Of a DNA stretch of 64,000 nucleotides, positions 62,758-64,000 are shown one piece after another. Source of the stretch: Octopus bimaculoides (Eukaryota); contig NC_068981.1 in assembly GCF_001194135.2 (NCBI RefSeq), positions 129,122,202 to 129,186,201 of the forward strand. Direction: 5' to 3'. How positions within the stretch are numbered: position 1 is the stretch's first letter; each line of letters opens with the position of its first letter. A program made the position numbers and the translations under genes. The notes under the pieces are model-generated. The model was not told the DNA's origin and made no database searches. It worked only from the letters and a program-made list of their open reading frames with translations.

Positions 62758-63163
62758 CATTGGACTATGGCCATGCTTGGGGTACCACTTTGAAAATTTT
62801 ATTTGGACAAATTGACCCCAGTACTTATTTTTGAAGTCTGGTACTTATTGTACTGTTTTTTTTATGCTGAACTGCTAAGATACAGGAATGTAAACAAACT
62901 AACACCAGTTGTCAAGTGGTGATGGGACACACACATATGCGCATGCGTACACACACACATGTGCATGCACATGTGTACCCCCTTTTATATACATATATAC
63001 ATTACATATTAGGTGCTTCCTTACAGTTTCTGTCTACCAAACCCACTCACAATGCATTGTTTGTCCAAAAGCTATAATAGAAGATACATGACCAAGGTGC
63101 TGCACAGTGGGACTGAACCCAAAACTACATGGTTGTAAAATGAGCTTCTTAACCACACGGCTA
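62758..63163 (-). mobile_element. SINE family B (tail-to-tail with 61747-62101)
   Basis: cattggactatggccatgc...gggactgaacccaaaactacatgg...aaccacacggcta. Confidence 0.8.
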
Positions 63164-64000
63164 TTTTTTTTTTTTCCATCCACCTAATTTGGATAGTCAA
63201 AAGTATTAATAGAGTTTGAATGTATTATAGTCAAAAGTATACATAACAACATTGGTTTGTGTACTAGCAGTATATTAACATATTGCATTCCTTGTAATAA
63301 TATATATCTATGATTATAGTTTTATCATATTGGTCTTCACAGCTTGCAATTGTGATTTAAGATGCAGAATTTACTGATATATAACAAAAACGAATGTTTA
63401 AGTATTACAAATTTAAATAACATTTGTTTCTTGAAATCTGTTAGATATGAGTTGGTATTTGTTTTCGTTTTTGGTTTCTTTGTTTTGTTTTCATTACTTC
63501 ACACATTTAGTGCATTTTTTTACTGCACACAAATTGGGCAAGATTGTGAAAATGGAGAAAGGTTGAAAGGTGCTGTTGTTTAAGAAGAATGACAATACAG
63601 CACTTAAATTTGAAGTGTTAGTCATAGATCTACTTATTTACAGTTGACAAACCACTTTAAATAGTTTGTTTTCTCGGAAGTTCTATCACAAAGGAAATAA
63701 ATTAAAATAATAAAATGTGTATTCTTATTATCATCATTCATGTTTTAATGTTTGTATTTCCATGCAACATTGATTGGACAGTTCTCTGTCTTCAAAGGTT
63801 TCCATTGTGGATCATTTAATTCGTGAAGATATATATACTAGCATATATATCTATTTAGATACATACATGCATAATATATAAACTAAAAAATAAAGTGCAC
63901 TGAAAAGTCGAAAGACACTGAATATAGAATATCCTACTCCATATAAAGAGCAAAAGTATCATGAATATGTGTGTGTGCCTGTCTATCTGTATCTATCTAT

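Overview
AT-rich, repeat-dense eukaryotic DNA, most likely from a cephalopod (Octopus-like). That assignment is inferred from the RTE LINE, tRNA-SINE and microsatellite landscape; no database was searched. Two protein-coding genes are supported, both on the + strand. (1) The last three coding exons of QNG1/C9orf64, the queuosine salvage hydrolase: 1180-1250, 4399-4466 and 9604-9768, with phases consistent and the stop after the conserved CIYY. (2) The promoter and first coding exon (28725-29069, RH1 domain) of a RILP-like gene. I found no second exon, so 29070-64000 is read as one long intron. The rest is transposon debris: 5'-truncated RTE LINEs, R4-like and CR1-like fragments, at least three tRNA-derived SINE families, mariner/Tigger/hAT/piggyBac MITEs, micro- and minisatellites, and three assembly gaps. 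Almost all supplied ORFs are spurious or TE-derived. The most interesting observations are three. First, a perfect 124-bp inverted repeat (34395-34851) whose arms each carry a minimal hammerhead-ribozyme motif of the Penelope type, with a tRNA-like Pol III head in the spacer pointing into one arm. Second, two different GG...CC MITEs with 9-bp target duplications and internal TTAGGG telomere repeats, both inserted into the same SINE segment (49660-49850 and 50365-50465). Third, a compact ETS-CRE/CCAAT/CLEAR-like promoter with a uORF, a hairpin and a possible leader intron at the RILP-like gene.
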